DNA of 63,170 nt, the filler included, from Octopus bimaculoides (Eukaryota), in NCBI RefSeq assembly GCF_001194135.2. It is 5 parts of 4 records of this genome, joined end to end, with 100 filler letters (N's around TTAATTAATTAA, not from the genome) between each part and the next. Parts side by side here need not be neighbours in the genome. Positions count along the whole stretch, not along the records: positions 1 to 30,197 come from NC_068983.1; 4 more parts are not named here. One strand, written 5' to 3'. Each line of letters starts with the position of its first letter. Position 1 is the first letter of the stretch. The notes beneath the pieces were generated by a model, which was not told the DNA's origin, did no database searches, and saw only the letters and a program-made list of their open reading frames with translations. Both the position numbers and the translations under genes were made by a program. Positions 13,260 to 25,682 of this stretch are shown one piece after another.

Positions 13260-13660
13260 TTACTCCTCCAGGAAAAATAAAAAAGTCTCTCATACATCCT
13301 CCAACAGTTTCCCTCCTATCATTATTCCACCGAAAATATTTATTACTAAATGAACCCACACTCACTCACTCACTCACACAGTCACACACCCACGGAGATA
13401 TTCACAATATTTGTCTTGCTTCTATTCGCATCGCTACATTCTATTACATATTCCGCTCACACTCACTAATAAAACTACTCAGACACCCAGTTCTTTCAGC
13501 GAATGGTCACTATCCATTCATCTCACACAACGTTTTCTTTTACACTTTCCAACTTCCGTTTGCTGGATAGCTCACATATACATTTTTCACTCTCAAGAAT
13601 TATTCTCACTTCATTTCTAGTAATGAATCTTGAAAATGGAGAACTTGTCCGAAACGTCGT
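13260..13660 (+). mobile_element. Second degenerate Penelope-like 3' fragment ending in a hammerhead-like motif
   Basis: TPPGKIKKSL...IKLLRHPVLSAN resembles the PLE post-RT region; ttgaaaatgga-gaacttg-tccgaaacgtc at 13630-13658. Confidence 0.45.
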
Positions 13661-14256
13661 TATTTACTCTTTTTTTGTTTCACGGTGTATTGACTGTTTT
13701 ACTGTTGATTTTTGCTTCCTTTTCTCCATAATTTATCCCTATCTTAAGTATCACCACCAGATCATAACCAACTGCGCCTGCAATCGAATGATAATGATGA
13801 TGACTTGGTTTTTGACACGCAAGTTAAGGAACCGCAGCCTGGTTGATTGCTCTTCTACAAATAGCATTCAATTTCTTCTCAAATAAAAGAAAATAATGGG
13901 GGATAATCAAGGATTCAATGCCATTGATCATTGTTACATTCGTTCAGAACAAAAATGGGATTACACAACAACAGTAATAAATGCATTTTTGAAATTAAAA
14001 GATTCCATAATGATAATAGTCAGACATTTCTAGGTGCAATTTCAGTAAAACCGGAGTGATTTATTAACAATAATAGTTGCTTTTGACCGCCTACATGGTT
14101 AATGTACTTTCAAGAAGTTTGTCATTGGAAAACAAGTCATCAAACGTCCACAGACGACAATTCACACGTACAGAAACATGCTCACACACACTTTAATGAC
14201 TCTGTACTTCCACTCGTGGACATTCGCATACAAACTGGCTTATATATAAGCAAACA

Positions 14257-14303
<47 letters not shown>

Positions 14304-16331
14304 NNNNNNNNNNNNNNNNNNNNNNNNNNNNNNNNNNNNNNNNNNNNNNNNNNNNNNNNNNNNNNNNNNNNNNNNNNNNNNNNNNNNNNNNNNNNNNNNN
14401 NNNNNNNNNNNNNNNNNNNNNNNNNNNNNNNNNNNNNNNNNNNNNNNNNNNNNNNNNNNNNNNNNNNNNNNNNNNNNNNNNNNNNNNNNNNNNNNNNNNN
14501 NNNNNNNNNNNNNNNNNNNNNNNNNNNNNNNNNNNNNNNNNNNNNNNNNNNNNNNNNNNNNNNNNNNNNNNNNNNNNNNNNNNNNNNNNNNNNNNNNNNN
14601 NNNNNNNNNNNNNNNNNNNNNNNNNNNNNNNNNNNNNNNNNNNNNNNNNNNNNNNNNNNNNNNNNNNNNNNNNNNNNNNNNNNNNNNNNNNNNNNNNNNN
14701 NNNNNATATATGTATATATATATAATAACTCTTCTGTCTTCGGCAGCACTGGTAGACACAAGTTATACATAATTTGATCTTTAAAAAATCTTAACCGTTT
14801 ACATTAAAGCTAATTACAATACATTTCCTGCGGCTGCTTAGTCATAAAAATAAGAGAATGTCAGTGTCATAATGGATTGTGTCAGACGATAGCAACAGCA
14901 GCATATCAGCTGGTTGTTAAGAAACTAACAAATTGTATAATATTTTCATGTGACGTTGCGAGGAGACTATATTAAGCTCAGCCACAAATGATATATTTGC
15001 TTTTATTATAGCAACAGTTGATCCGGGCCTACTTGTCTACGTGTATAAGGTATTATAGTCATTCTTCCAGCAAGTTATAAATGGTTCGCGTCCTGGATAG
15101 GGTCTATTTNNNNNNNNNNNNNNNNNNNNNNNNNNNNNNNNNNNNNNNNNNNNNNNNNNNNNNNNNNNNNNNNNNNNNNNNNNNNNNNNNNNNNNNNNNN
15201 NNNNNNNNNNNNNNNNNNNNNNNNNNNNNNNNNNNNNNNNNNNNNNNNNNNNNNNNNNNNNNNNNNNNNNNNNNNNNNNNNNNNNNNNNNNNNNNNNNNN
15301 NNNNNNNNNNNNNNNNNNNNNNNNNNNNNNNNNNNNNNNNNNNNNNNNNNNNNNNNNNNNNNNNNNNNNNNNNNNNNNNNNNNNNNNNNNNNNNNNNNNN
15401 NNNNNNNNNNNNNNNNNNNNNNNNNNNNNNNNNNNNNNNNNNNNNNNNNNNNNNNNNNNNNNNNNNNNNNNNNNNNNNNNNNNNNNNNNNNNNNNNNNNN
15501 NNNNNNNNNNNNNNNNNNNNNNNNNNNNNNNNNNNNNNNNNNNNNNNNNNNNNNNNNNNNNNNNNNNNNNNNNNNNNNNNNNNNNNNNNNNNNNNNNNNN
15601 NNNNNNNNNNNNNNNNATATATATATATATATATATATATACATGTGTGTGTATGTGTGTGTAATGTATGTAAGGAGAAGATCTAGACCGTGTATGTAGC
15701 TGTTGTCATTGGTGTATCGATGTGAGGTATTTTCCAGACTTTTGTTTTATATTGAAATATGTGTGTTTGTGTGCGTGCATCTGCCTTTGTGTGTGTTTGT
15801 GTAAGTATACGGCGACTGATATTGTGCAGCATGCGGATACTGAGTAGCATAAAAGCCCATCTCTTGGACGGCGTTAGCGATTCCACATCGAACACTGCCA
15901 CACAAGTGACAGGTAAACTACGACTTCCTGCATCAGTATTACATATTATGTGCCCTAAAGTGATAGGAAACCACTGAAGTGGCAGTATTACAATGTTGCG
16001 GGTGGACACGTTAATTTAACCAGTGCATCAAATAGTCTGCCATTTATTTTTGAGTCTCAAAAAGCTTGCGTCCTGACACATGCTTGAGTTAAAAAAAACA
16101 AAAAAATACAAATAAACCCAGCAAAAACAGAAAGAAGCAAAAGTACCTGGGTATCACATTTTACAATGACATTTGCTCAGCGACTCTATAAATATTTCAC
16201 TCACAGTAAAGGTGTGTAATATTGAATTCATTTCCTTTCTCTATATTCGCGTTGTCTGCATCTTGCCTCATATATATCATGTTGAACCGGTAATCTCGAT
16301 GCATTTTTCTCTCTCTATCTTTTCCTCTCAC

Positions 16332-16371
16332 GTCTTTCTGTCGAAGAGCGTAGGCTTGAAAAGTCAAAGAC
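16332..16371 (+). ncRNA. Putative minimal type I hammerhead ribozyme motif (Penelope-associated)
   Basis: Stem I gtcttt/aaagac, core CTGTCGA, stem II gagc-gtag-gctt, GAAA, then aGTC cleavage triplet. Confidence 0.55.
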
Positions 16372-16455
16372 TTTTCAATTCTTCCCGAGCGTCAAACTAA
16401 TACACCTGCTTATTGTTTCCTCACCAGTTTCCGTCTTTTATTTTCTGCAGATTTG

Positions 16456-16490
<35 letters not shown>

Positions 16491-16513
16491 NNNNNNNNNN
16501 NNNNNNNNNNNNN

Positions 16514-16771
16514 ATAACCAAGTTTCAAGAACTCATCGATGAAAATCCACTATCACATATAGAAAAATTAATAATTAAAAGCACAATAAATGAGTATAAT
16601 ATAAAGTAAAGTAAATATCATAAGATAAATATAATATTATATTATATTTATTATATTTATCTTATGATATTTACTTTACTTTATATTATACTCATTTATT
16701 GTGCTTTTAATTATTAATTTTTCTATATGTGATAGTGGATTTTCATCGACGAGTTCTTGAAACTTGATTAT
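16514..16771. repeat. Near-perfect 122-bp-arm palindrome
   Basis: 16514-16635 versus the reverse complement of 16650-16771: 2 mismatches, 14-nt spacer; left arm abuts an N gap. Confidence 0.9.
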
Positions 16772-17879
16772 TTTCTCTAAAACTATATATTTTTTCTATA
16801 AAGCTCAATTTAATTTTAATTTTTTATAAATTGATTTTAATTGTGTTTTTACCTGTAATTTTGGATTTTGTCCCTAATATTATATATATATATATATACA
16901 TACATTTTTATACACACACACGCGCACACACGTATGCATGCACACACATTTATGTAGTATGTATGTATGTATGCATGTATGTATGCATGCATGTATATAT
17001 TTATGTATAGGAGAATTTATTTTGACGGAAACTCTGTCATGCACTACGACAGAAATTGTGAATAACTATTTTTTCATTCTCTCTATCTTTTACTCTTTCT
17101 TACTTTTTAAAATAAAATCTCAATGCGACTGAACTTTCAAACATGTATATTTGTTATGGTCTTCATCGAACATTTAATCTTATATTACTGTCTCTCTCCG
17201 TGAAACTCACTGCAATTTCTGTGAACATTTTAACATTTGATCGTTTAAAAATTGTTTTTTCCGAATTTTACCTTGTAACTTTAAACTCTCGAAAACCCTT
17301 TACGTATTTTTTACCATTGATATGCAAAAAATATCGAAACTAGTTTGGTATTTGAATAAATCTATTACAAAATTAAAAACGACAAACGACTACACGTTTT
17401 GAGATTCAGGTACATTTTCAAGCCCTAAAATAAACTCTCCTAATTTTTTTTGTAGCGTGGGAATGCATTTCTTCTCTCCATATATATAATCCGAATAAAG
17501 TGACAAAGAAGGTACTTTAACACATCTTTAATGATAAGTTACAATTATTTTTGTACTAACCCTGCTTGCAATGCTATTTTATGCAGGATTTGAAGTGAGG
17601 ATGTACGTAATATTTGCAGTTTAGACATCAGAGTGGCACTTCATCAGACTCAGATCAAAGATCTTATCAGGACTTTATATACATGTGTGTATGTGTGTGT
17701 GTTTGTGTGTGCATGTGCGTGTACATACATACATACACACACACACACACTCTCTCACGCACTCACAACATAATTTATATATATATATGCGTATGTGTGT
17801 GTGTGGGTGAGTATGTATTCATATATAAGTATAAACGTCCATGAAAAAGATTAATAATATCAGGAGTAGCAAGCTTGTT

Positions 17880-18030
17880 CCAATTGATTAAAAACGAAGA
17901 CTAGAGCGAACACAAGTTTGGCTAATTGGCATTTATGGTTGCGAAGCATGGACTCCGAACAAACTTGAAGAGTTTGAAATATGGGTGTTAAGGAGAATGT
18001 TACGAGTCTCTTACAAGAGCCATCGCTCAG
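17880..18030 (+). mobile_element. RTE-clade LINE fragment (post-RT)
   Basis: ...IYGCEAWT...KLEEFEIWVLRRMLRVSYKSH matches the RTE 'YGCE.WT...E.W..RRML.I.W' pattern. Confidence 0.6.
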
Positions 18031-18061
18031 TGGTCTCATATATATACAAATATATGTGTGT

Positions 18062-18131
<70 letters not shown>

Positions 18132-18648
18132 NNNNNNNNNNNNNNNNNNNNNNNNNNNNNNNNNNNNNNNNNNNNNNNNNNNNNNNNNNNNNNNNNNNNN
18201 NNNNNNNNNNNNNNNNNNNNNNNNNNNNNNNNNNNNNNNNNNNNNNNNNNNNNNNNNNNNNNNNNNNNNNNNNNNNNNNNNNNNNNNNNNNNNNNNNNNN
18301 NNNNNNNNNNNNNNNNNNNNNNNNNNNNNNNNNNNNNNNNNNNNNNNNNNNNNNNNNNNNNNNNNNNNNNNNNNNNNNNNNNNNNNNNNNNNNNNNNNNN
18401 NNNNNNNATATATATATATATATATATATATAAAGAAGCTAGCACATAAATAACATAAACATATATATATATATGCATTTACATACACACATATATATAA
18501 AATATATAATATACGTATATATATTTGTATGTATATATATATTGAACTGCAAAAATGTGTACTGAACACAGGCAGAGCGAAGTGGATAAACAATTCTTTT
18601 TAATAGAATTGCTGTTACTTCTCTGATACCTATGTTTTCTGCTGACAG

Positions 18649-18725
18649 AGTTCAGCATTTTCTTAAGCGAGAATCGAGAATTCAAAACACGAATGTCACT
18701 CCGTCAGTTTTCGTGGGAGAATATG
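18649..18725 (+). CDS. Candidate internal exon (VQHFLKRESRIQNTNVTPSVFVGEY)
   Basis: Acceptor tgttttctgctgacag, one open frame, weak donor G|gttcgt. Confidence 0.2.
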
Positions 18726-19139
18726 GTTCGTATTTTGAATTCAGTTGAAAAAAAAAATTGTGATGTATGTTAGCAAGAATACATTTCTACTAGAGAAGTA
18801 ACCAAAATTCTATCAAAACCTATGTATCTATATATGCATGCATGCATGTATGTATGTATATTTGCATGCATATATGTATGTATGCATGTATGTATGTATG
18901 TATGTATGTATGTATGCATGCATATATGGATGTATGCATATATGTGTGTATGTACGTATGTAATGTATGCGCCTGTGTATCTCTGTATACATGTATTATT
19001 ATGTACGTATATTTATATATATATATACATACACACACACACACATATATATACACATATATATTATACACATGTAAATATATATACGTATATATATATG
19101 CGTATATACACACATATATATATACGTATGAATATATGC

Positions 19140-19179
<40 letters not shown>

Positions 19180-20039
19180 GTATATATTCATGCACCCCCC
19201 ACACACATATATATGTATCGATTGATAGATAGATTGAGACATTCGTGTATACCTACATAGATACATACATATGTACACATATAGGCATATATGTACATGC
19301 GTGTGTAAGTGTTATTGCATGTGCCTGTGTATAAAGTGTTTACTTAAGAACGAAATATATTAGCAGTTCACTGTTTACTAGAAATTCAATGAGTTTAGCT
19401 GTCATGGAAAGTCAGCAACATATATAAAACTATTGTTGAAAACTCTCTAACATCAGAGCCATGTGTGTATGTACCTATGTCTGTTTTTATACGAGCAGTC
19501 GTGTACGTTTGTATGCATTTGTGTATTCTCCTTTCAGAATAGACCGGGTGAAAAATAAATTAACATTTATGCTGCAAACCAAATGAATAAATAAATGTAT
19601 TTACACATAGACTTCTATATATATATAAAATGAGTTTTGAAAAACTCCCCGGTATTAGTAACAATTCTTCATTCTCAAAAATATAAAATACACCCAAGGA
19701 GGTGACCACGTATAGGTTTAACTTTTCGTTCGTCAGGGGTCGATGGAAACATATACCAGTCACGAACGTAATGGGGTGGATACAATTCGTCGCACTTCCA
19801 CGAAAAATTTCTGGCTGTCTGCTTATATACAAAATAACCATCATCGTCATTATCATCATCAACATCATTGTCATCGTCGGCGTTGTGTTGTGGCAGTGAT
19901 GACGTTGCTGGCATGGCGGTTGCGGTTATAGCGTGGCAGTTGCGGTGATGGTGGTGGAGTCGGTGGCGGAGCTAACTCCGTCGTCGTCGTCGCCGTCGGT
20001 GTAGCGGCGGTGTCATAATCGTTAGGATGAAAAAGATGG

Positions 20040-21220
20040 GTGTCAGTATATGCCTGTCGACGTCACCGTAGTGGTGTTGGATCTTAAGCATATAGAAATG
20101 ATCGGCACCGCTCTCAGAGACGCGGTTTCAGGAGCGATAATTCATCAGGAAAAATCAGTGGGATTGCGACTCGACACCTGGAGAAACAAGTCCATGCCGT
20201 CCAACTGCGTCGTTGTGCTGGATGGACGAACCGGTTAAATTGCTCGAGGTCTGTTTTGGTCCGGACCTCAAGATGGGCAAAAACTGAAACGAGATAACGA
20301 ACAGAGTGACTGTTCTCACCTAGAAATAGGCCGAGAGAAGGCTATCCCTGGATGGTTGGGCAAAGATGGCTAATGCATATATCGCGTCCGTTATCTACGA
20401 TCGCTTGGCCATCGTGCCTTGTCCTGGCCACCGATTGATTACGCTGAGGCGTATACTCTTCAGCTTCTTGTGGAAGGGACGTGTCTCGATGGTGAGGTGG
20501 TCGATCTGCTTTTAGTATCCTGTGCGTACCGTGGTTGATGAAGCGCAGGCATGCGCTGAGGTTATGACATCTCCAGTGCTTCCTTGACGGTGAACAGGTG
20601 TAGTCGCCGTCTCCAGGCACGTATTTTCTTTAAAAATACAGGCAACTAGTTTCTTTAACGGAACTGCAGTCCTTGGTAAAACAGAGACCGAGGCGGAGAA
20701 TTTGGAAAGTAGAATGCCTTCAAGCGCTTACAGCCCTCAACCAATCGGGCAGTGCGATAGGTAGAACGTCCACTTTAGCCTTTTGTAGAGGATTAGTGGA
20801 GGAAAAGTTAAACGACGTTCTAGGGGAAACCTTGGGCGTCAAAGATCAGCTAACCGCTCTTTTTCGGGGAACTTTCGGGCCGGGACTGATGGATAATTTC
20901 CAAAACTCTCTGGCCGGGACCAATGGATAATTTCCAAACCTCTCTGGCCTGGCAGTGCTACCGGGGAGCTTTGCCTATTCAAGATAAATTTTTACAGGCA
21001 CGGAAGTGCCATCAGCCGAGCATGTCCCAGATGTCCTGAATACACACGTCCAGTGCCCGAGCACTGCTGACCTGCGGGTTTAAGTCGAATACCTGCTGTC
21101 GCATATGCGACGGATCTGGCTGTCAACTGAATCCATTATGAAAATCGCTCCGCCGCTTTCCTTTAACCGGAAGGAAAGACTGTTTTTATATGCCTGGTGG
21201 CCTTGGCGAAATTGTTAGTC
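20040..21220 (+). mobile_element. Tx1/L1-clade LINE fragment (RT C-terminus to zinc-finger region), degenerate
   Basis: PVDVTVVV (YADD-like), IIHQEKSVGLRL, KMANAYIASVIY.RL, LFSFLWKGRVSMVRWSIC, ACPRCP; locally GC-rich. Confidence 0.8.
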
Positions 21221-21304
21221 ACACATAAAAACCCTCACAACAACACACACATTCTTTGTTTTGGCCTCTGTTATCCATAATGTTTTTTCTTAATGTAAAC
21301 TCTT

Positions 21305-21383
21305 GTGGCAAATAAAGAAATCATTATTATAGTGATCACCATCGTCATTATTATTATAATAATTATTATTATTATTATTATCA

Positions 21384-21460
<77 letters not shown>
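21305..21460 (+). repeat. (ATT)n microsatellite
   Basis: Directly visible. Confidence 0.95.
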
Positions 21461-21754
21461 GCCGTTAACCTAGCAAGCTTCGCTTGATCTCCAAACGTTA
21501 GTAAGAGAGAGAAAGAGAGTGGTAAACGATGGCTTGCTAGAAAAAAAAAGAAGCCATAGCTGTATTTTTGTTGAAAAAAAAAGAACAAAAAAGACAGCAG
21601 GGCCAATTTTTTCGAGAAAGATCTTTTAAAGGATATTTGGGAAAACAACAGCATCCTTTTCGACGACATTCTTCGAAATAAGAACAGCAATTTCGAAAAT
21701 GTAAACAATGGGGCTCCTTTCGTGAGTGAAGCGATGTACAATGCGAGTACAAGT

Positions 21755-21877
21755 TACAACAACAACAACACCAGGAACAACAGCAGCAATAACAACATCA
21801 GCAGTAGCAACAACAACAACTACTACAAAAATTACAGCGGTGACAACAACATCAAACACAACAGCAGCAGCAGCAGC

Positions 21878-21950
<73 letters not shown>
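21755..21950 (+). repeat. (AAC/AGC)n trinucleotide tract
   Basis: Directly visible. Confidence 0.9.
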
Positions 21951-22274
21951 GCAAAAGACAACGGCTGAAGCAAAAGCAACAACGTTAACGATAAAACAAT
22001 GATGGAACAGAGAAAGAAACTGGTGCAACGGCTTGCAATCGCTCTAAACTTTACTTTGCTGGAGTTACCAAGTCATTCCTTCAGAGAATACAATTCTCCG
22101 AAGAGGAACTGAAAAATGCCAGACAGCTATTCGAGAGAGATGGGCGAGCTGTAAAGCTAGATACCCCTTTTGAGACTATTCAGGATACGAGACGCCGCAC
22201 AGTGGCACACCGTACAATTGGATTAAAATCAAAGAGGGAAGAAAGAGCCTCAGAAGCTCAAATACAAAATCTTT

Positions 22275-24965
22275 AGATACTGTCTTTTTGTCTTTTCCTT
22301 CATGCCGTGGTGTTTGATTCTATCTGCCTCAACTATTCCCAGGTATTTATAGCTGGAATCAGATTGAATTATTTTCATAATTTCACCACTTGGCAAACAT
22401 ATGCCTTTTGTCCAGGCGAGCTTTCCTCGTTTCATCACCATCGTAGCACATTTTGAGTGTCCGAACTCCATCTTAATATCATTGAAGAAAATCCGCACAG
22501 ACTGGACTAGGCTGTCCAGTTCTGCCTCAGTTTTTGTGAATAGCTTCTGGTCGTCCATGAATAGCAAGTGGTTTAGTTTTCCCTTACCTCTTCCCAGATC
22601 ATACCCCAACTTTTTTCTGTAGTATTTCACTCAAGGGGTTCATTCCCAGCACGAATATCAGTGAGGCAAACTGTCTCTCTGGAAGATTCCTCTCTTGATT
22701 TTCACCTCTCCTAGTGCTTGCTTCTCTGCTGTCGATTCTGTTCTCCAGCATTTCATGCTATTCCATATAAGACTTCTGATATTCCCTGCTACTCCATACA
22801 TTTCCATTCTTATTATTATCCACGAGCGTGGTATCATATCGTATGCTTTGTGATAGTCAACCCATGTCATGGTCAGGTTTGTATGTCTTCTCTTTCAGTT
22901 CCTGATAATTAGATTATCAATTAAGAGCTGATCCTTCCTTAACCCACTCCTTTTTCGGCACCCTTTCTGTTCAATGGGTAGTAGTTCACTTTTTTTCCCC
23001 AAGTATCTGTACAGTTCACAACCAATGCACCTGACATTAGTTTCTACATTAGCGGAAGCCATGTTATTGGTCTAAAGTTGAATGCAACATTTCCCTTTTC
23101 AGGATTCTTAGCATATAACAATGTCTTTTCCTTTGTCATCCAGCTGGGTACTGCACCATCCTGCAAGCACTCATCAAGCTGTTGTGCCCTCCTTTCACGC
23201 AGCCCTCTCAGCTTCTTCATCCAATACCTTTGGACCCATTCGGTTTTGGGCTCTTCCAATTTGGGAATTTTCATAACTTTTTTTTTATCATTTCTGTAGT
23301 TATCTTTGTCTTCTTTGACTTCTATATTTCTTAACCTATTTTGGATTTCATGCAGCCACTCTGCTTCATCATTATTCTCTACAGGTTGGTCCCAGATCCC
23401 TCTCCAGAATGCATTGCTTTCCTCTGCATCTGGTATCATTGTTACGTGTATTTACCCATCTAATTCCTGAAACATTTTCTTCTGATTTGCTTCAAACAAT
23501 CTGTTTTGCCTGAACTGTTTTTGTTTTCTGTTGCGATACCTTTCTAGTTTTGCTTCGATTGCTACTACTCTTTGTTTCAATTCCTCCAATATCACATCAT
23601 AATCTTTATCTCCTATTCTATATGTTCTTTCCAGCATTATTCTTATGCTTTTTTTCTGTAATTCCACTCTTCTCAATCAATCAACTTGTCCTAAATGTCT
23701 TTTTAACTTTGTTTGTTTCTCACAAATTTTGTTCTTTATCTTCTGCTTGTTCTTTCTTTTGTTTCCAATTCTATCTGCAACAACTATAGTTGCAGCCCAA
23801 ATAATCTTGTTAGTTTCAAGAACCGAATCCAACTTTTCGGTTTCAACCTTAGCTTGCGTCGGTCAATGTACCTCAGGTTGGTGGGTGCTTGATCTTGGTC
23901 TTCTCTAATATGTCGGCACAGCATCCTCCCTATATCGTGTTGGTCATCATCGAATTCTTGTGATATACCTCTTCCTATTATTTCTGCTTCGTTTGTTGAA
24001 TGCATTTACATTTACACTTTGCTCTACTTCTTCACTACCACCTTTCGTTTTTCTGTTCTCACTAGGCACGTTATCTGTTGGTTAAGTATTATTTCTCTCT
24101 TCTACTTTCCTTTTTATCTCTTCTATTTCCATGTCTGTTAACCACCTTTTTGCTCTTATTGCTCTTGCCTGGTCGGTTAACCGTTGCTCACTTGTTTCAA
24201 GGAGTGCTATCTCATTCCATTTGTCCTTCATTCGTTGTCGAATCCCCTTCTGCTGGGTTCACTCCTGATCCGGCATTCAATTACCGTTCGGTTTGCCCCT
24301 TATCCCACCTTCTTCTCTGCCCCTGGCTTTGTTTACAAGCAGTCTCTTGATGACGACCAGACCTGCGCTGCTCAACCACAAGGCATCTGCCGGGCGATAG
24401 GCTTTCACCTTTAGTTTCAGCGTCATTCACACCATTATTTGATGCACATGTATTAGACATTTTCACTTAACATTGAGGTGTCTTAAGGTTAGCCACCAAT
24501 CAGTATTTTTATGTAGGCACTATCTCTAGTACGATTGTCAACCAAGACAGCAGAGCGCTTACTACTCATAAATTGATCTTGTTCCCTTCGCATTTCTGAG
24601 TGTTGGAGACCATGATCTTGATTCTCACTAGGAGACAGAATAGCGTCAGTTGATCCCATATCTTCCTCCAAATATTGCTTGGGAGTTAAGTCCCGATTCG
24701 CCTTCATCCCAGGCATGGAGCCGTTGGACACTGACAGGTTGTCACCACCGTGACTAAGGAGTCCTACCTAGCCCTGCTTTTAATCAGAGTGTCGCTTCTC
24801 CTAGACAGACTGCCAACCAAGGCTCACGAGTTATGTCTACCTGTTTTCGGAATAGTCATTGACTCTTCTGAGTTCCTCTGCCCTTTACCAGGGTTTGTTT
24901 TAAAGTGAGGAGCGTATCGAAAATCCACCCTCCTCACCAAGAAAACTTAGTGGGGCTGCCGGTTT
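22275..24965 (-). mobile_element. R4/Dong-like LINE, 5' region plus RT, 3'-truncated, degenerate
   Basis: LEELKQRVVAIEAKLERYR..QNRLFEANQK; FWRGIWD; FRPITWLP; WVDYHKAYDMIP; GIFQRDSL; LNHLLFMDDQKLF; YKYLGIVE. Confidence 0.88.
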
Positions 24966-25464
24966 AATTACCGACGATGCGACGGTTTCACAATGCCACT
25001 TGTTAAACATTCTGGGTAATTTATCAATCTGGGTGATTATTTACTTTCTCACTAATATAATTTTACTATTACTACTATAATCCCTATCATTATTTACCTG
25101 TTCACCACTAAAGTTTCACAATTATTACTATACTTATATTATTACTGTAAGGCCGAGGGGTCTTTATATTGTCTCCCATGATTTCTTTAGACCACAAATA
25201 ATGGCAGATTTACGGCTGTTGGTTTTAGCTACTGCTGATGCTGCGGCGTTAAATAGAGAAGCGGGCTTGTTGTGTCTACTAATACATACTATTTGAGTGG
25301 ACTGCTACTTGACATGGCTGGCAGTGGATTGGGGACCGGTGGGAGGAGATTTTTGAGAGGAGCGTCGACATGTTGGAACTAGCATAGTTAAGATATAGAA
25401 ATTTATAAATAACATCTCAAATTTTATATCGTTATTCAAGAGAGTGGGATTGGCGCTATCGTTA

Positions 25465-25620
25465 GGACATTGGTCAAAATACATAGCACTAAATTTGCCG
25501 GCATGGCTTTCTGTGATCTAAGTTCAAGTCCTGGTGAGGTCCAATAACCTTTTTATCCTTTCGAGATCGATAAAGTATGAGGTAAGTACTGGGAAAGATT
25601 GCATCGGCTATCTCTCTTTC
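25465..25620 (+). mobile_element. Degenerate SINE family D
   Basis: agttcaagtcctggtgaggtc...tttatcctttcgagatcgataaa parallels the 31318-31507 copy. Confidence 0.55.
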
Positions 25621-25682
25621 TCTCTCCTCAACTTTCAGAACTTGTTCTTCAGTTAAAAATATTATTATTATTATTATTATAT

